36,162 nucleotides of DNA, from positions 1 through 36,162 of the forward strand of contig JBOEGF010000075.1 of assembly GCA_050633305.1 (NCBI GenBank), given 5' to 3'. The notes beneath the pieces are model-generated. The model did no database searches. It worked only from the letters and a program-made list of their open reading frames with translations, and was not told the DNA's origin. The position numbers were made by a program, and so were the translations under genes. The first letter of the stretch is position 1. Each line of letters begins with the position of its first letter. The DNA is from Nannocystales bacterium (lineage in GTDB: Bacteria > Myxococcota_A > Polyangia > Nannocystales > Nannocystaceae). Of the stretch, positions 34,301 through 36,162 are shown one piece after another.

Positions 34301-35361
34301 TTCGGGTCGTAGGACCCCTCGGGGAGCACACCGTCCTTCAGTGCCTGGGGCCAGTCATGCCAGGACGTACCGCGTGCCGCAGTCGTTCCGCGAAAACGGG
34401 CGTATCGATCGAGCTCGGGGCGCGCAGCGAGGAAGGCTTCGAGGGCAGCGCGACGGGGTCCCTTCCAGCACGCTTCCGCCATGGGACCCAAGGCACGACG
34501 CTTCAGTGCCATCGCCTTCGCGTGGTCGACATGGCTCGCCTTGCGCAGGGTGTCCCGGGCGATGTTTGCGGCCGCGTCGGTGAAGGCCGTCTTTGCAAGG
34601 CCGCGGTACTCGGGCAGTGACTCGACGTCGAGGTAGAGTTCGTTCCAGGCCAGACGGCTGACGGGTGCGTAGGGGCTGGGCTCGAAGGGCTGGTCGAGAA
34701 ACGTCGCCAGCAGCGGGAGCGTCCCGACCATGTTGCCGCCCGCATCGCCAACCCAGTCGATCAGCGTGCGAAGGTCGGTGAAGTCGCCGACGCCGTGGTC
34801 CCGCTGGGTCTTGAGCGCGTACAGGGGCGCGAAGAGCCCCCATCCCCGTTGTCCGTCGGTCGTGTAGACGCGACGAGGGGCGCTGATCAGCAGCGACTCG
34901 GTGCCCGAGCCGTCGGAGGTTTCGATGGTCAGCGTGTAGTGATCCGGCGGGAGCGGCGAAGGCAGCGGCAGGCGACGCCGCACGAGGGGCGTGCCGTCGG
35001 GGGTGGCACTGTGCTCGATCGCAGCATCGCGAAGCATGCCCTCGGTGCTCACCTCATGGGCGGTCGAGCGTGCATGCAGGCGGTATCGGCCGGTCACGCT
35101 CTGTGGAAGCTGCACCGTGACGCTCCCCTCGCCATCCCAGGCCACAACGACGGGGGGTAGGCGCTCGGTATGCTGGCTGTACTGAGCACGGCGCAGTCCA
35201 TCGTCGATGGCCGCCTCGGTCTGCACGTCGACCCCGAGGGCCGTCAGTGCCTGGGCGAGCGGTTCGGGGCGTGCGGCTTGGTGCGCGCCTGTGATGTCGG
35301 TGTATCCAAGCTGCATCCCGTGCAGCTCGGCGAGGTTTCTCAGCTTGCTGAGCTTGTCCAT
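31375..35361 (-). CDS. malQ-glgB: Fusion of 4-alpha-glucanotransferase (MalQ, GH77; aa ~1-690) and 1,4-alpha-glucan branching enzyme (GlgB, GH13; aa ~699-1328)
   Basis: GH77 motifs: [53 protein letters not shown]. GlgB motifs: [58 protein letters not shown]. Single uninterrupted 1328-aa ORF. Confidence 0.93.
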   Translation of the reverse strand: MDKLSKLRNLAELHGMQLGYTDITGAHQAARPEPLAQALTALGVDVQTEAAIDDGLRRAQYSQHTERLPPVVVAWDGEGSVTVQLPQSVTGRYRLHARSTAHEVSTEGMLRDAAIEHSATPDGTPLVRRRLPLPSPLPPDHYTLTIETSDGSGTESLLISAPRRVYTTDGQRGWGLFAPLYALKTQRDHGVGDFTDLRTLIDWVGDAGGNMVGTLPLLATFLDQPFEPSPYAPVSRLAWNELYLDVESLPEYRGLAKTAFTDAAANIARDTLRKASHVDHAKAMALKRRALGPMAEACWKGPRRAALEAFLAARPELDRYARFRGTTAARGTSWHDWPQALKDGVLPEGSYDPKTYRYHAYVQWAAHCQLEALSIHARGRSSGLYLDLPVGVHGDGFDTWAHRESFVPGLSTGAPPDALFSGGQNWAFPPPHPQRQRQDHYRYLIAVLQNHMRYAGVLRIDHVMGLHRLFVIPSHAPASEGMYLRYPADELVALLSLESHKSGVALIGENLGTVPDEVTHAMQTHGISGMHVVQYQAKPDPSDALPAAQPGDMASLNTHDMPPFAAYWSGSDLATQQDLGFLDEGQRDAMAGHRDWQRQCLTGYLGPRTGLPAGSEAPAALSALLKHLGRSQAHDVLVNLEDLWGETHAQNIPGTWREHANWQNRARYDLETWTQDPAVTDPLRALARARNEATHRGEVRYDVSRLTDDDIYLWNEGTHAHIDDKLGAHPMEHASTAGTYFAVWAPSATYVSVIGDFNVWDRQQAPLRARADSGIWEGFIVGVGPGDLYKLHVASPSGGSDRADPFAFATEEPPRTASVVAHGRYAWNDEAWMESRASRSGQGKPMSIYEVHLGSWRRVPEDGDRSLNYRELGSQLAEYATHMGFTHVQLLPVMEHPFYGSWGYQTTGYFAPSARYGTPADFKAMVDTLHQAGIGVLLDWVPSHFPTDAHALAEFDGTHLYEHADPKQGFHPDWKSAIFNYDRHEVRSFLQSSARYWCDTFHADGLRVDAVASMLYLDYSRQEGEWVPNRHGGRENLGAIDALRQINEAVYRDCPGVQTIAEESTSWPMVSRPTHTGGLGFGFKWDMGWMHDTLAYFGRDPIHRRHHQHELTFRMLYAFGENFVLPLSHDEVVHGKGSILTRMPGDDWQRFANLRALYGYMYGQPGKKLLFMGCEFGQVREWDHDRSLDWHLTHDPRHAGIQRWVADLNRLHRDVPALHERDCDPGGFAWVDFADAEASVFTFLRYAADGTPALVVCNFTPVPRYNYGVGVPWGGWWSERANSDAHEYGGSGMGNGGRAHTRDEGAHGHPHSLELCLPPLSVLFLTPA

Positions 35362-35466
35362 GCGCGCATCCGGTGGCGCGTCGGTTGTATCGGCTGCCGT
35401 GCTTCCCGGAAAGGCTCGCGCGTGGACGCTGCGCGTAGCCCCGCAGTGCGCCCGGTTGGACCCCGA

Positions 35467-36015
35467 TCAGTCCCGCAGCTCGCCGATCAGCAGCACCCAG
35501 GCAGTGGTGCTGCCGTCCTGGCTGCGCGCGAACCCCGGACCAAACTCCGCGGCGGTCGAGCTGAGCAGGGCCTCGCACTCGGCGGGCGAGGCGAGCCAGG
35601 CCTCGAGCGTGGCTTCGGGGTCGAGGAAGTCGGCGGCGAGCAGCTCGTGCGACGGCACTCCCGCGTACTGCGCGAGGTCAACCCGCGACAAGGTTGAGCT
35701 GCCGTCGTTGCCATCGTGGGACAATGTGCCTGCCTCGCTTTGGTCGACCGCGTGTCGGCGGGCGGCGCAACGCAGAGCGGGCGCAACTTCGAGATCGGGG
35801 ACCGGATCTCTCGTTCGGTCGCCGCACGTGGCCCCCGTTGCACGCACGTCGTTGATCGCATCGAGTAGATCGTCTTCGCGGCTTCCCCAGTCGTGGGTCC
35901 ACAGCGCGGTGGCCTGGCAGGCGGGTGCTTCACCGACATCGTCCTCGCGGACCTCGTCGATCACACAGCTGCTCGCGAGGAACAGCGTGGCTGCGGCGAT
36001 GCCCCAAGCCTTCAC
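35467..36015 (-). CDS. CAP/SCP-domain lipoprotein (degenerate)
   Basis: Lipobox LFLASS-C, INDVRATGATCG, LRCAARRHAVDQ, LSHDGNDGS, WLASPAEC. GTG 36015 lies 7 nt after a TGaTACCTT -10. Confidence 0.8.
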   Translation of the reverse strand: MKAWGIAAATLFLASSCVIDEVREDDVGEAPACQATALWTHDWGSREDDLLDAINDVRATGATCGDRTRDPVPDLEVAPALRCAARRHAVDQSEAGTLSHDGNDGSSTLSRVDLAQYAGVPSHELLAADFLDPEATLEAWLASPAECEALLSSTAAEFGPGFARSQDGSTTAWVLLIGELRD

Positions 36016-36028
36016 GGCGCAGAAGGTA

Positions 36029-36162
36029 TCACGGTGCGCCGAAGTTCTGCGTCCACACGTGACCGTACTGGCCACCGGGGTAGTAGCCGACGCCGAGCTC
36101 CGTGAAGGACGCGTTCATGATGTTGCTGCAGTGCCCATCGCTGTCCATCCACTGCTGCATCG
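36029..36162 (-). CDS. C-terminal end of a CAP/SCP-domain protein (runs off the window; not in the ORF track)
   Basis: Minus-strand translation ...MQQWMDSDGHCSNIMNASFTELGVGYYPGGQYGHVWTQNFGAP* shows the canonical W..S.GH..NI...F.E.GVG...WTQ.F motif. Confidence 0.88.
   Translation of the reverse strand, partial: MQQWMDSDGHCSNIMNASFTELGVGYYPGGQYGHVWTQNFGAP

Noticed and set aside
1..36162. Anti-phage defence, toxin, RiPP/NRPS/PKS, prophage, IS, tRNA or rRNA genes
   Set aside because: No recognisable motifs. The Cys-rich ORF has a lipobox and no adjacent radical-SAM, YcaO or lanthipeptide enzymes, so it was not called a RiPP precursor.

Overview
High-GC bacterial chromosome segment. Gene content points by inference to a myxobacterium of the Nannocystis/Plesiocystis/Enhygromyxa type (TPR-bearing membrane Ser/Thr kinase next to an ECF sigma, vWA and Cys-rich lipoproteins, PilH/PilI-like ABC pair). 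About 27 CDS; no rRNA, tRNA, CRISPR or mobile element was seen. Left to right: lon (5'-truncated) with a bidirectional terminator; a divergent Ser/Thr kinase and ECF sigma; a DCC-family CxxC protein divergent from a 22-Cys repeat lipoprotein; a beta-propeller/di-heme cytochrome c lipoprotein followed by a LysR gene, with a LysR-type box upstream; a second ECF; a DUF2993/LmeA-like protein; DUF4159 plus a vWA/GATase1-like protein; an ABC ATPase/permease/membrane-protein trio; a 48-aa membrane peptide with a sequestered SD; yjgA/darP; a vWA lipoprotein; DUF1513; a glycogen cluster (divergent glgA/glgC, GH57-DUF3536, MalQ-GlgB fusion); and tandem CAP genes. The best candidate for an undescribed system is a four-gene block inside the glycogen cluster: metallophosphoesterase, GT21-like and GT28-like glycosyltransferases, and a PiT-like permease. 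Its promoters carry 11-bp-periodic PhoB-like repeats, suggesting phosphate-starvation replacement of phospholipids by glyco(sphingo)lipids. Other signals: an 11-bp tandem repeat that breaks an ATGA translational coupling, frequent leaderless-type promoters, and a GlgC with a charge-reversed allosteric-site residue. All family assignments come from motif recognition by eye; no searches were run.
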